A stretch of 55,805 bases of DNA, counting the filler, from Sphacelaria rigidula (Eukaryota): assembly GCA_964200075.2 (NCBI GenBank). It is 4 parts of 4 records of this genome, joined end to end, with 100 filler letters (N's around TTAATTAATTAA, not from the genome) between each part and the next. Parts side by side here need not be neighbours in the genome. Positions count along the whole stretch, not along the records: positions 1 to 13,877 come from CAXNAA020002612.1; 3 more parts are not named here. The stretch is one strand, 5' to 3'. Positions 1 to 12,228 of the stretch are shown here, in pieces. The position numbers and the translations under genes were made by a program. Under the pieces are notes generated by a model. The model was not told the DNA's origin. It made no database searches and saw nothing but the letters and a program-made list of their open reading frames with translations. Every line of letters starts with the position of its first letter. The stretch's first letter is position 1.

Positions 1-2936
1 TCAACCCCCTCCGTCTTGAAAGGGATGCGTGGTCAATGGTCAAACGACGGAGGCAAGCAACAAATGAGTACACCCCTCCCGCCCGCCCGCCCCTCACCCT
101 CCAGCTTTACCGAGAGCCGTCGCTTCCCGTTTCCATAGCATCGGGGAAACCCCAGAAAAAGTCTGTACCCAACTCCTGGACGCCGACCTCACGCCACGAG
201 AGTGTGGGACCCCGCCGGCGCATGCAGGGAAGAGATCGCCCGTACCTCAGGGGTCCGGCGGGCATCGCCTGGGGTCTCGGGGGCGGAAATCCAGACAGAA
301 GAGGACCAGGTGCGATGACACTGGGGTCACTGGGCTGTGCAGTGCATTACACGAGCGGCTGCTCCAGACCTCCAATTGCGGCGGGGCCTCGGCGACCCAT
401 CGTGTGGAGGCGGGCGATGCTGCTTCGCCTTCCAAACGTGGCGATCTGTTCCCTTCGACTCCGCTGCCGGAGTCCGCGCCAGCGAGATTGGGACGGCCGC
501 CGGCCATACTGCAGGCCAACGTCAGTGGCGTCCGCACGCGGTGGTCGCGGCGGAGGCAGGGTGATGGACATCACGTAGAACACGGAAGCCTTCCGCCCGC
601 TGAAAGGCAGCACTGTTCGCCTCTGCGCCGTAGAAGGGCGACGTCAGCCCCGACAAATGGCCGCGGGAGGCGACCGTATTGTGGTAAGGATGAATGCAGG
701 TTGGCCGGTTGCGGGAGTGCCGGGTTGTGTACATGGTGTGAGATTAATCACGGGCCGCGTGACAGATTGTGTGCTGCCTGCCATCGCCCCGCCACACAAT
801 ATTGCCACCTTGCGCCGCACAGAGTCGCTCCCGCGTTATTGTGGTGAAAGGCAAGCAAGGAAGGCCTGTCGCGAACTACGATTATCGGGGCCTACGAGCC
901 GACGTCGGACTGCCTGTGCGCGGAGGCGGACTGTTTCTACCACCTATTCGCTGTTGCTGAATGAAGAGCTCATGAGGAGCGAAATAGCTGCGATGTATGC
1001 AGGAGATAACAGTGGAAGAAGAAAAAGTCCGAGGTCCGTGTGCGTCCAGTCGGTGCTGCGTGTGCTGCAATGACGCAGTATTTCACCGTCGGCAGCGGAA
1101 CCCCGAGGGCTGCGTTGCTTCGCTCGCAGGGAGGCAACGAGCTCCGGGAGAGCAGTGCGGTGTGTAACGCATGCTACTGTGCGTACCGCGACGCCTCCAG
1201 GCAGCCAGACGTGCCAGGACCGGCAGAGTCTTCCGCCGACTTCGAAGAATGGGTTCCGGGGGAAAAACCCGGACGAGTGCGGTGTCACTCCGCGTGTGCA
1301 GGCGGTGCTGCGATCGGGATCTTTTTTGCGAGGGGCAGAAGTGGAGGCATGGCTGCTCGAGTATCGGGGAAAACATCAGCGGCGTGATGTGCATCCCAAA
1401 CACGTGCGGACGTTAGTCCACAAGTTGATGAGCGACACCGGCGACTGCGTTAATGACAGCACCGCCGTCACGCTTCGGGGCGACGGTGCCTCGGGGGCTG
1501 ATGGTTGGCAGACTTTCAGATACCTCATCCCCCGCAGCTTCCCGGCGGAGGAGATAGCGAAGCTCGACCTCACCGTCAGGATGAGGGAGGAAACGATCGC
1601 CGATCTCAGGCGGGAATTAGCCGCGATACGTCGGAGAGATGCTGAGAGGGGGGGACGCGGTACAGTCGAGATATTCCATCGACACTGCGTCTCTTTCTCC
1701 CCAGCAATGTGAAGAGGTGTTGGAAAATAGCGGGGTTGATCGTACGCGAGGATTTGGTATCGACTCCGACCCTCAAGAATGTAACGCGAGACAGCACCCG
1801 TCGAGACGACATCGAGGGGAACCTCACCCCCGTGTGTGAAAATATAGGGGGCCTGACTGCTACGCTACGTCTCTTTCTCCGGGGTATGTTGCGTTCTAAC
1901 ACGGGGATCGACAATGCCGATGAAGACGCTCCGATTCCGAGCGCGTACGCGCAGCGTGAAAGCAGGGCAAGCCCCCATGGTGATGCGGGGGGTGCAATGA
2001 TGCATCAAAGAAATATATCCTCCCGTATTTCTTGGCGACCATGTTGATCAAAGCTGTGCTGCAACGAGCATATAGGGCTCCCCACGAGTTCATGCTCGCT
2101 CAGGCCCTGAAATCGTTCGGTGTAACGAGGAGAGTGAACGAGTTCCTGGTAAGTCTTGGGCTTTGTCGGACAGCCAACGTAGCAAGCGAGAAGAGGCTAT
2201 TGTCCAGGAGAGGCGGGATCAGGACGTCATTCCGGCCGCGCAGGGTATACCGATTGTGGCTATCGGTAACTGCGACATGAAGGCGGCGATGTACCTTATC
2301 AAGACGAATTACGTCCCTTGCATCGCTGCAACATGCGTGGTGCCTGAAGCGGACCAATCATCTCAAGGGAACCTGCGACTGTCTCTTTACTCGGAGTGGA
2401 TACCGCTCTCCAAACGAACAATGGAGGAAATCAGGGACGGATTACCCCGTGACGATACTCGCCGGGTTTTGAGACGTACGTGGCGGATCTCTTTGTCAGC
2501 GCATGCAGGAGCGCAGATCTGTTCCGAGAGAGGAAGGAAACGTGCGTGAAGACACAGGTCAGGCAGGTATACTGAATCCCGCGCGCGTGTGGTGAACCGT
2601 CTTGGGTTCGACGGGTTGATCTGGGGGGTTACTGTGAATGTAGCGTACAATATAGGACGATGGCGTGTATTTGATGAAGGGTCGATGCCATTTTTCTATG
2701 CGTGTGGGGGGCGGGTATAGTATATAACTTCGAACGACGGTATCGCTGAGGGATATAAGTAGTGTGGGAAAAACACGCTATGTATACATGCTTACTCTAT
2801 CCTATGACTGAAGGTCATCATGAGGGGCACATGACATCTCGCCAATGGGGGTACCCACGATGCCAGAGTCGGGTTAGCTGACAAAGTGGTGATACGGTGA
2901 TGCTCATTACAACAAAACAAAACCGACTCGGACTTG

Positions 2937-3595
2937 CGAGCTGGGACAGCCGAGAAGCTAACTTGTAGTTTGCGGGCCCACTAACCGGCCAACATTTAAA
3001 ATTAGACCCTGAATTTTGGTATGGGCAATGAATGGGGCATGGTAAAAACAAATACTAGTGCATACATTGTTTTTGTTTTCCTTCTTCATGAGTGAAGAAC
3101 ATTGTTTTGATATCTGTGTTGTGTGCTGAAAACTGATTATTGCCTTTGACTCATGGAACAAAAAAACCTTGTGTGCACTAGAATTCGTTTTTATTACGCC
3201 CTATGCATTGTCCATACCAAATTTCAGAGTCCAACTCTAAATATTGGCCGGTTAGTGGGCCGCTTCGTGACGGGGGTCGGTCGGAAGAAATTCGGAGCAA
3301 ACATTTACAGGTCACTTACCGGCCCACGTTTGGTGTTTGTGTGTTGAAATTTTGTGTGGGCCCTAGCGAGGGCATAGTTAACGAAACAAAGTGGGTCTGA
3401 TTGTGTTTATTTCGTTGGTTTAGGGCGTTTGAGTATGGGAACGACCATTTAATTACGAGAATGCCCGAACCTCCCCCCCCCAGAATAATGAGGGCCCATT
3501 TTTCTTTATTCAGCATATTTCTGTAGTTCTTTATGCTGGGTATCAATCACAATTCTAAAAATTGAGCTACAAAGAATTAGATAAGGCCCGAGAAG
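2937..3595. mobile_element. Truncated copy of the CGAG-terminal MITE family nested in the Academ element
   Basis: Begins 'cgagctgggacagcc' and aligns in reverse complement with ~24805-25445. Contains an internal inverted repeat, 2972-3065 / 3171-3263. Confidence 0.75.
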
Positions 3596-3730
3596 CTACT
3601 ACTTTACGTGCGACCCGAACCTGTGGCCCACCACCTTGCTCTTCAATTGTCGAATGTGCCCGGCCGCCTCTGACCGTCGCATGCATCACCACTTGCGGAG
3701 CCGTCGGTACACGCCCAGCGATGCAATCGT

Positions 3731-4486
3731 GTGCAGGTATTGAAACCTGAAAAGCGCGTGCCGCAGAAGACTGTGCACATGTTTATCCAGGAGGGGTCCA
3801 CAAAAGACTGTAACGCTGTGGAAAGCACCCTTCGTCGGATCTGCGACATGTTGCGTTTGGGTCACAGCGATGGACGACCGAGGGCCATCCTCGCCCGGGA
3901 CGATGAGACCTTCAGCTGGGTACGTAAATATTCCCGCATGCACCCCGAGTTCCAGGATAAACTCCTCCTGTGGCCTGTGGATTTCCATATTATGTTCCAT
4001 CCTGCCAAGGCCATACTGAAATGTATTTGGGGCGCCGGCCTGGAGTTTGTCGCAAAAGAGCTCGGCAGCGATGATGCCAACGCCGCAGAAGGCACTAGCT
4101 ATCGATGCGCCCACCACCATATCACGGTGCTACACGAATCCTTCATAATCGCTATCACGGCGATCATGCGAGACGAGTTGGGGTCTGCTTTCAAGGAAGG
4201 CACGTATGGGGCCGATCAGGTGCGAGTCCTTCCGGAGTCCCTAGTGTTTGATGTGGGCGGCCAGGAGCGCCTCGTGGCACTAGACGGTCGCGTGATGACG
4301 GCAAAGGAAGAGGCCGAGATCCTGGACGTTCCTCGCCATTGCGAGGAAATGTGGGCGGGCGTGATCAAGGGCGTAGTATGGAGGGACAAATCAGCGGAAG
4401 GAGCGTCTAGGACTACACTGAGGTACACCCCCCCGCACGCACAAGCAAGAAGCCCACGAAGCAGGAAGAAAGGTCATCGGCGCTGA
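3731..4486 (+). pseudogene. Academ-type transposase core fragment (second Asp, FH motif, YxxAxxxH motif)
   Basis: 251-aa ORF containing 'RAILARDDETFSW', 'PVDFHIMFH', 'GAGLE' and 'GTSYRCAHHHITVLHESF'. The region expected to carry the catalytic Glu appears deleted after ~4215. Confidence 0.68.
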
Positions 4487-5393
4487 AGAAGAGTGTCAGC
4501 ATCGTCAGTGCTCAAGCATTTGAACAGCACAAAATCCTTCTCTCGCTCATGAGCCGTGGTCATCTGGTCACGCCAGAGAACCTGTTCAGAGCTGTCCTTC
4601 AGATCGGGACGGTGGTGCCTCAGGCCATGGCCATCGAAGACGGAGGTGAGCCGAGTGTACAGACGACCTCGAAATGAAGCATGCCGTTGGCATTAATTTA
4701 GATGAGCAGTGAAGAGAGCAATATATGAGTTGATGTTGCACAGTGGATTGAGGGTCAAGCCCAACACATTGCTTTCTCCACACTTGCAGCGATGGTGCCG
4801 AGTGACTTTTTCCCCCAAAAGTCATTCGCCCCGATTTTTTAGGCAGTGATATCAGGGGAAATGACGCCTTCGCTGACTTCTGTGAGCTCACCGAGTCGGT
4901 AAGTTGCGCTGAGAAATCAGCACCGCAATCCAGGGAGATCAGGCTGGCATAAAGGTCATTGGGCACCATCGCTGAAAGTGTGGATAAATCACTGTTTTGG
5001 GCTTGAACGTGATGGTAGTGCATGCCGCCGGCGATCGGACGTGGCGAGATATGGTTGACACAGCGACGGCCTCTCGCGAATGCTGGCATGCACATCGGCT
5101 GCCGGGGCACGGCGCCAACGGGTGCCGTCCCACACGGCGCAACCGCGACGCCGGCGGTAGCACCGGATGCGCCAGCGGGATGGACAGCACCATATCAACC
5201 CCACTGCCCGGCACTCGCGCAAGTGTCGGTGAATCAGCTTCTCCCGTCTTTGTGGCATGCCGGAGGCAGGGTACAGGCGGTGGGTTTCGAGACGAGCGCT
5301 GCACCCGGCGCCGGGGTTCTGTCACCACCGCCGCCGGCTTTGCCGAGTCGACCGCTCCTCGGCGTCTGTGGGGGCTTGCTGTAGACGGACAAC

Positions 5394-6269
5394 GTGGCTG
5401 AGGGAGCAGCGATGGATGTCCCCACTCCTCCGCTTCAGCACGCCAGTACTACGCCGACGCTCGGTGCAGGAGCAGGTGGCGCGCTCAACATCGCGGGTGG
5501 CGGTGGAGAAGATGAGGCCACTGTGGTAGCAGAGGCCGCCGCCGGCCGAAGCGAGGCGCCTACAAGCCTGATTCATTGGCACCCCGGTGCAGGTGATCCA
5601 GGGAGCGTCCATCATGCACGCGGGCCGCAGATCGGGGAGGGTGAGCTCGACGCAGTGCACTTCATGATCAATCACGCCAAGAATGCTCATCCTGGCGAAA
5701 AGCTGATGAGGACGTGGACACTTACTTCTGTCGACACGGATGAAATCATGATCGTGTTGCTGGCCATGGTTTCTAAAACAATAGCTGCCGCGGCCCCGGA
5801 CCGCACCAAGGTTACAGTACGGCGCCGTCTGTCGGACGGCCTCGAATACGTAAACATGAACCGTGTGTACGAAGCGATCACCGGACTCCAAGACGGCCCT
5901 TGCGGCGCGTGGGAAGGGACCGCGGCTTGGGTCAAGGACTCTACTCGCACGAGGGTCGCCCTCTTCGTGCTGGTGTACTTGCTGAGCGGCTGTGATTTCC
6001 TACCTTGTTTTCACGAGCTACCTTTCCTCTCCATGTGGAACGCGCTCCTTAAAGGCCTGCGCGTGCCGGGTCTTTTCCCGAGGCCCCTGTTGAGGATTGA
6101 GGGCCAGGTGGTGTCTGTAGACGAGGAGGAAGTGGTAAAGTTTCTGGGGGTCGCTCTCTTCTACAAGAAGGAATCGGCGTTCTCAACGGCCGCCACCAGC
6201 GCGGAGTATATCCTCCGCGAACAGGCGGGGGGGAAAGTGGCACTCTTCGTGGATTGGGTGAGGTTTTGA
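5394..6269 (+). pseudogene. XPG/FEN1-like (PIN fold) nuclease C-terminal half belonging to the Academ element
   Basis: GEGE (EAD-equivalent), DTD and SGCD(F) motifs appear in the order and spacing typical of the XPG I-region/H3TH. Confidence 0.75.
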
Positions 6270-6451
6270 GGTGGAAGTTGGGCGGCAGGAGGACAACAGA
6301 CGCTGTGTCGCCCGCGGATGCGTTTTGCTTCCAAGCACAGCGAGCTGAAGCTGTGTTGGAATATTGGATGGAGATTATGGAGGAGTCCATGACGGACGTG
6401 GATTTCAACAATCGCGGTTGGAGGTAGACGGCAGAAAACGCGCAAACGCCC

Positions 6452-6706
6452 ATGACGAAGGCCAGTATTGTTGTCAACCTATCGGAACACGTACGCATTG
6501 ACCCCACGGGGAGGATCAATCGTCTTCTGTGTGGGTGTAATCCATCGGCGGTGGAGAAACACAAGTGCGATCGCAACTGCAAATGCGCCAAACTTGGGAA
6601 ATATTGTCATCCCATACTGTGTGGGCGCAAAGGGCGGTGCAATCCGGCTATCGACGCGAAAAGCTTACCGGTTGGCGAAGGATTGCAATTGGTAATGGTG
6701 AGTTAA
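6452..6706 (+). pseudogene. C-terminal Cys-rich zinc finger (CXC/tesmin-like) of the Academ protein
   Basis: LLCGCNPSAVEKHKCDRNCKCAKLGKYCHPILCGRKGRCNP lies directly downstream of the nuclease fragment. Confidence 0.7.
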
Positions 6707-9382
6707 GTAGATCCCGGGGGTGAAAGCGGCGACGAATTAGAGACGGCCTCGGATGAAGACTGTGAGTGCCGTAGCAGCACGTCATCGGAGGAGTCATTTG
6801 TTTCGTACGGGGACGCGGGCGAGGACGTTTTGAAGTTGTACTTGGACCGGATGAACGATGTGTGAGAGAGTGGTCAACGCACAGGTATGATACCAAGAGC
6901 TTCGGCGAAGCACTTTCGCGTCAATAGTCGTGCGCCTGTCCCCCCCCGTTTATTATGATCCCCACGCCCGTGCATCGACCGTAATCCCGGAGATATCTTC
7001 TTCCGTTTGATATGAACTTGGATGGATGGGGCTGCGATGGTGTTGTAGCAATTTTAACGTTGGAATATGTGATTTTGTGAGATAAGGGGAGCACAGTGTG
7101 GCTACCGTGCTAGTATTGGAATCTGGCTGTGGAAAGGAACATGACTCTAGCTCGCTGATCCTCTCTGCGTCTATCCATCACCGTATGTGCTACATTACGC
7201 CACAGGTGCACCAACAGCGGCGAACGTAGACTGTGAGGCCGCCAGGGGTTGTATCGCGGATGGATGGAGATCATGTACACCGCAGGATCTAATGTGGTCT
7301 CATGAAAGGATCGGTTGTCCTTCACATTATGCGCTTGGCATCTCCGTGCTATATGTGCAGATATGCCCGCGGCGGCGGCGGTGGAGGGGTCAGCGGGCGC
7401 GATTTCCTGTCGGCTTTTTTTAGGAAGTCCTAGAATTGTTGGGTATCCAGCGACGCCGGCGCATCGTGCGTGTTGATGTGGGCAGACTGCATTTTCTCGA
7501 ACGATTTTTCGGTCTGGACTTCCCGCCGCTGCGAGGGGTACAGTGTTCATACCATCAGGGTATCGAGTGTCGAGGGCAGGTGTTCTTCCTGCGGACATTG
7601 CGCGTTTTGAAAGGGACACCGGTACTTGTGCAGGCCCCCCCAATGTATGACTCCCTGGAAATAGCAAATGACTCCTGCGCTAGATTGCGAGAGTCATGCA
7701 TTCTCCTTCCCCAGAAACATGTATCGTTGACGTGACCTCTTGCGACGTCATATGACAGGATTTTCTCGGCTTCATCTTGTCTTCGGAGTGGTTTTTGGGG
7801 ATGCATGCAGTGAAGGCTCCGCACGGAAGGGGGCTGGTATCACCTGGGAAAAATGGAAAAAATACGCTCTGACTGTTTCCCGCCGGCGTTGGTCTATGGA
7901 CATGTTTAAGTGATTGTGGAACTGCAATATCCGGCAAACGTTGTATTTCGTTCTCCACAAAATCAGCCGGAGGTCCTACCGTTAAGCTCTCACCAAAAGG
8001 GCATTTGTGATGTAGCAAATATTCATGTGGTTGGCTGTTGGCATTTCGCTGTCGATTTTTAGCCGCTGCGAGGGTTGGGCGGATGTTGGCACCTGGAAAC
8101 GACACGCTTTTTTCGTCGACACCCTTGTAGAGGACCTTGGTAGCCCCCACAACACTTACTTTGTGGCCAGACCCGCACTCTCCATCATAGGGGCGGCCAC
8201 GCACCGAGAAAAATGAAAACCCGAGCACCTTCGCCTTTCGTGTACGCGACAAGTGCGTTCACGGCCGAAGTTGCAATTCCAATAACAAACCATCAAGTTG
8301 TTGCAAACAAATAGTTTTTTTTAATTTTAAAGCAAATTCGCTTTTTTTGCTCCATGCACTTTATTGAGTCGAACGCTTCTTGCTGAGATAGCTACTTTGG
8401 GCACGGCTACCACCGTTACATGACCCAAAAACGGAAAATCGCTGCGGAACGGTATCAACGAATGGATCGATCATTCCGAGGTGTCAACCTCCGTCTGAAC
8501 CTCATGTTCGGGATAATTACTCATAGGAGGGTCACACACGCGATTTCCACCGAGACACTTTCTTACACGCGATAAGTGGACAAACAGAGATGTTTTCCGT
8601 GGGTACACAGCAAAGAAATACGAAAAAAAGGCGTTCGTCAAACCTGACCTTTGTGGTGGCATCGGCATAATATTTCGCGTACACACACACCGGGATGAAG
8701 TTGCACATCTGCGCGATACCGCAACCCGCAGGGCTTCTTACTGTACACACCATCAGTACAAGAAACCATCGGAGGGTGAGCTATCGCGCCCAAGACCCGA
8801 CGCGTTCGCGGACCCTGCACTGGTTGCCATCGTACTGGGTGGCGGGTGGCCGAAGGGGTGCAAATACGACGGCGGTAACTCACCGCATCTGTGATATGCG
8901 GCGTGTAGCCAAATGATACCAAGCCGTGGGTTTCAGTATAATCGCATGCATGATTGGAGCAGTGGCAGGGGACAGGGGATCCTGGATTGATGACCCTTAT
9001 CTGTGTGGCCCCTTGCCGCCTGGCTCTTGATGTGGTCTGTTGAGGATCACTCCATGATAATAACAAGTGAGAAGAAAGGACTTGTCGAGCACGAGGCCAG
9101 TGACACTGGAGGAGTCCCTCGTTGAAAGTCCTCTTGTCCAGATCGTCTGGCAGAGGCTGCAATATCTAGATATCATTTTCCCGGCACTCTGTTAGAGGAG
9201 TTTGGCTGAGGAGAAAGTGGGCTGCAGCAGGAAGCCAGTTTAGCCCGCAGACAGAGAGACAACTTGAAGCGCCCATCAGACGGGGACGTTCCGTGGGCTG
9301 GAGGACGCACAAGTCAGGCAAGAGTCTCTCAGTGAAGTGTTGAATTCTATTCGACACGGCTCAAGCGGCGGCAGCACCGCTG

Positions 9383-12228
9383 GTGTTAGGCGAGCCGTTA
9401 GAATCGCCTAAGTATGTCGAAGTGTGGACAGAGGAGGCATCACGCCTTTTTTTCGCAGCACATCTTGACTACATACAGCGTTTGAATCTCACTAATACTC
9501 AAGGGGTCGTGAGGCATGAGAGGGTGAGCATAGGTCAACTCATGCCTACATCCATCCATCGGTGTTTTGAAGGTATGTACAAGGACCGTCGGGCTATGAC
9601 CCGCGACGAATTAATAGCTGCTGTGAAGCAGCACGCCGGGTACACCACAACCGGCGGAAAGTATGACGCTGCGCGGGCTGCAGCAGATCTACGCAAAGTT
9701 CTTACTATGCCAGAGAGTGGTGAGAAATCTGTCAAGGATCGTGCGATGATGGTCAGTTCATCGATGGAGAAAGTTTTTGCAGAAAACCTCACGGTGCACC
9801 ATGTACTGTGTGGAGAACAGGAGTTGGTTGCCAGGCCCGGCCGAGTCGGTTTCCATACCTTGGTGGACGGGGTTTCGCCTCCGGAATTCAAGGGGTGTAC
9901 TAACGTATGTTGACGTCTGGAAATAAAAGCCCGACAGTGGTGTTCAGCAAAATGTTTGATGCCACCGACAAGTGGAAATCCATTGAGGCACATAGCCGAC
10001 GCGATTCTGCAACAAGTGCAGGTAATGCTCGCCGCAAATAGCAACAGCAACAGCAACAGCAGCCGTCTTCGCGAGCGTCGTCCACTCGCGCGTGTTACAA
10101 CTGCGGCGACACCAGACATATGATCAAGGACTGCCCCAAGCCTCGCGCTCAAGGCGCTGCACAGGGCAATCCACGAGATTCATCAGTATTTCGGGGCGGT
10201 CGTCGCGGTGGACGGGGCCGTGCCAAGCATGGACACGGGCGCGGCGGCCGTGGTAGTAAGCAATCGGCGGCGGATGGTGGTTCTTCCGCTGCTATTTCTT
10301 CCACTACGTCATCAGGTGGTGACTCTGGATCTTATGGTTCGTCCGTAACGGGGCGGACTGTGTACGTGGGAAATGTTAATACTTCGGTGGGGAGCACTGG
10401 AGCGAATACTTCACAACCCCTCGGCCAGGCAGGATCCATGACTGGTGCATTTCCTTCGGCTGTGACGGCTGTAGCAGCGCCGTCTGCAGTTTCAGCGACG
10501 TGATCTGATTGGACCGACGATTCGCAGCTATCGATGTCAAGTGCTGGAGGGCAGCCCCGGCGTCAGGTGACTCTTGGTACAGAACAGAGTTCTTCGGTAG
10601 GCGTGGTACCTGTCGATCGTAAGGCTGAATACTAACGCGCAGATCTTTCCTTGCCTGGTTCTGTAGGTTTGTTCATGGCCCGCGCTCACGTCAATCGGTG
10701 TGGGGTTGCTTGAGAAAATGTCTTCGCAGTTTGGCGGCGCTCAGCCTCAGATTCCGTGCGAAAACGGACCGCAAACGTCGCAGACCGTCACGGGTGCTCC
10801 CCTGACGGTTACACATAAAACGGTGCCGATTATTCTTAGCGTGCGTACGACGTGGGGGGCTGTGAGATTTCAGCCCATTACTTTCGCTGTCATGCCCGGG
10901 AGGGACAACGTGGTTCTATTCGAGATGGCGACGATGAAGGAGCTCGGGATTGATTTGCATCCGCTGGCGTTGGATAAGTTACGCCCGCGTGCTGTGCCGG
11001 TGCAAACTGGCGTGGAAAAATCCCAGCTACCTTGCTGTGAGGCGTGTGACCGTATCCATACGGCCGCTGCAGAGAGCCAATGAGGAGGAGGCTCCTGTGG
11101 ATGAAGTGGTGGAGCGCTTGGTCGATCGGGGGCCCGACATGTTTATGGACCCAGCGGAGGACAGAGGTGCAAGAGAATGTGTGCTTGAGAATAGCGTGCA
11201 GCAGGCCGAGCAGAAGGGTCTGAGCGCCGATGGCGCACATTGTCTGCGTGGTATTCTGGCTCGTTGCGTTGATATATTCCGCCGTGCGCTGCGTGGTGAT
11301 CCGCCAGCGCGCGTAGAGCCCACGAGGGTGCAGCTTAAGCCCCAGGAAAACGCGGTGAAGGCCAAGCCCAGACGGTACGATCCGGTGAAGGCCGTGTGGC
11401 TTGCTTCAGGCATCGTAGCTTTGGCGGCGTTTGGTTTGCTGGTTGGGAACATTCAGGCTGTGTGGGCAAGTCCGGCGATGGCGGTGTCGAAGAGGAACAC
11501 ATTCCGTTTGGTGAGCGACTATCAGGCTGTGAACGCGCAAGTGGAACAGTCTCCCGGGGTGATGCAAAGCCAAGAAGACATACGGGAGTTGCTGGGAGCC
11601 CAACAATATCGGTATATCATTGAACACATTCCTGGGGAGCACCATTCCTGGGGAGATCTGTTGTCTCGCTTGGTGAAGGTTCCTACCGTGGCTATTCGTT
11701 CTGTTGTCGTGTACAGCCCGTGTGGTGCCGATGATTCGCTGCCCTCGTTAGATGTCATTCGTATCGCGCAGCGTAAAATAGTCGGCGACGGTGTTCATTC
11801 TTTCCCTACGACTTTCGCTCAAGCTTCTTTGGCTGACGATGGTTTGTTTCACGTGCGTGTTGGCAGTAGTCATGTTTTGTGGATTCCATCGGATGATGAG
11901 GCTCTACAAGCTTGCTTGATGGTGTGCGCTCATCTGCGGTCGGCTGGTCACCTTGGTGTGGCGCCGACTCTGCTTCGTTTGGAAGACTACCGTGTGTGGC
12001 CTCACATGGAATCCCACGTTTGCGAGTTTGTTTGCCAGTGTTTGCATTGTGTAGACACTCGTGCTGGTGAGATTGTACCTCGTCCGTATGGCGATACTGT
12101 GCATGGTACGGCGCCAGGTGAAGTTGCTCACTTTGATTTTCTGTACGTCGGAAGTAGCGGACCTGAAGGTGCTAATGGTTTGCCTGAGGAGGATGGTTTC
12201 CGGTACGTTTTAGTTATAATGGATGATT
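9383..12228 (+). mobile_element. Degenerate Ty3/Gypsy LTR retrotransposon internal region (gag, zinc knuckle, protease, RT start, RNase H end, integrase start)
   Basis: gag-like ORF 9383-9913. CCHC knuckle CYNCGDTRHMIKDC at 10093-10134. RT N-terminus 'KAKPRRYDP...WASPAMAVSKRNTFRLVSDYQAVN'. RNase H tail 'YRYIIEHIPGEHHSWGDLLSR'. Integrase HHCC 'AHLRSAGHLGV...CQCLHC' and 'HFDFLYVG...YVLVIMDD'. The RT-RH-INT order indicates Gypsy. Confidence 0.9.

Larger units (their letters stand above)
404..6706 (+). mobile_element. Degenerate Academ-superfamily (AcademX-like) DNA transposon: Cys-rich N-terminus, DDE transposase, XPG/PIN-like nuclease, C-terminal Cys-rich (CXC/Cys8-like) finger; broken by stops, frameshifts, an insertion and a probable inversion
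   Basis: Collinear ORF fragments carry motifs in the Academ order. Cys-rich 404-1387; 'PHEFMLAQALKSFGVTRRVNEFLVSLGLC' (2032-2170); 'IVAIGNCDMK' (decayed DNxD, ~2250-2282); 'ILARDDETF...LLLWPVDFHIMFHPAKAILKCIWGAGLE...EGTSYRCAHHH...ESF' (3731-4145); 'GEGELDAVHFMINHAK...SVDTDEIMIVLL...LLSGCDFLP' (5394-6269); 'CGCNP...KCDRNCKCAKLGKYCHPILCGRKGRC' (6452-6706). Termini and TIRs not found. Confidence 0.72.

Noticed and set aside
5394-6269. Host FEN1/XPG/XRN gene or viral nuclease
   Set aside because: It is intronless, frameshifted and collinear with transposase motifs and a CXC tail, so it is better explained as part of Academ. No giant-virus core genes are seen nearby.
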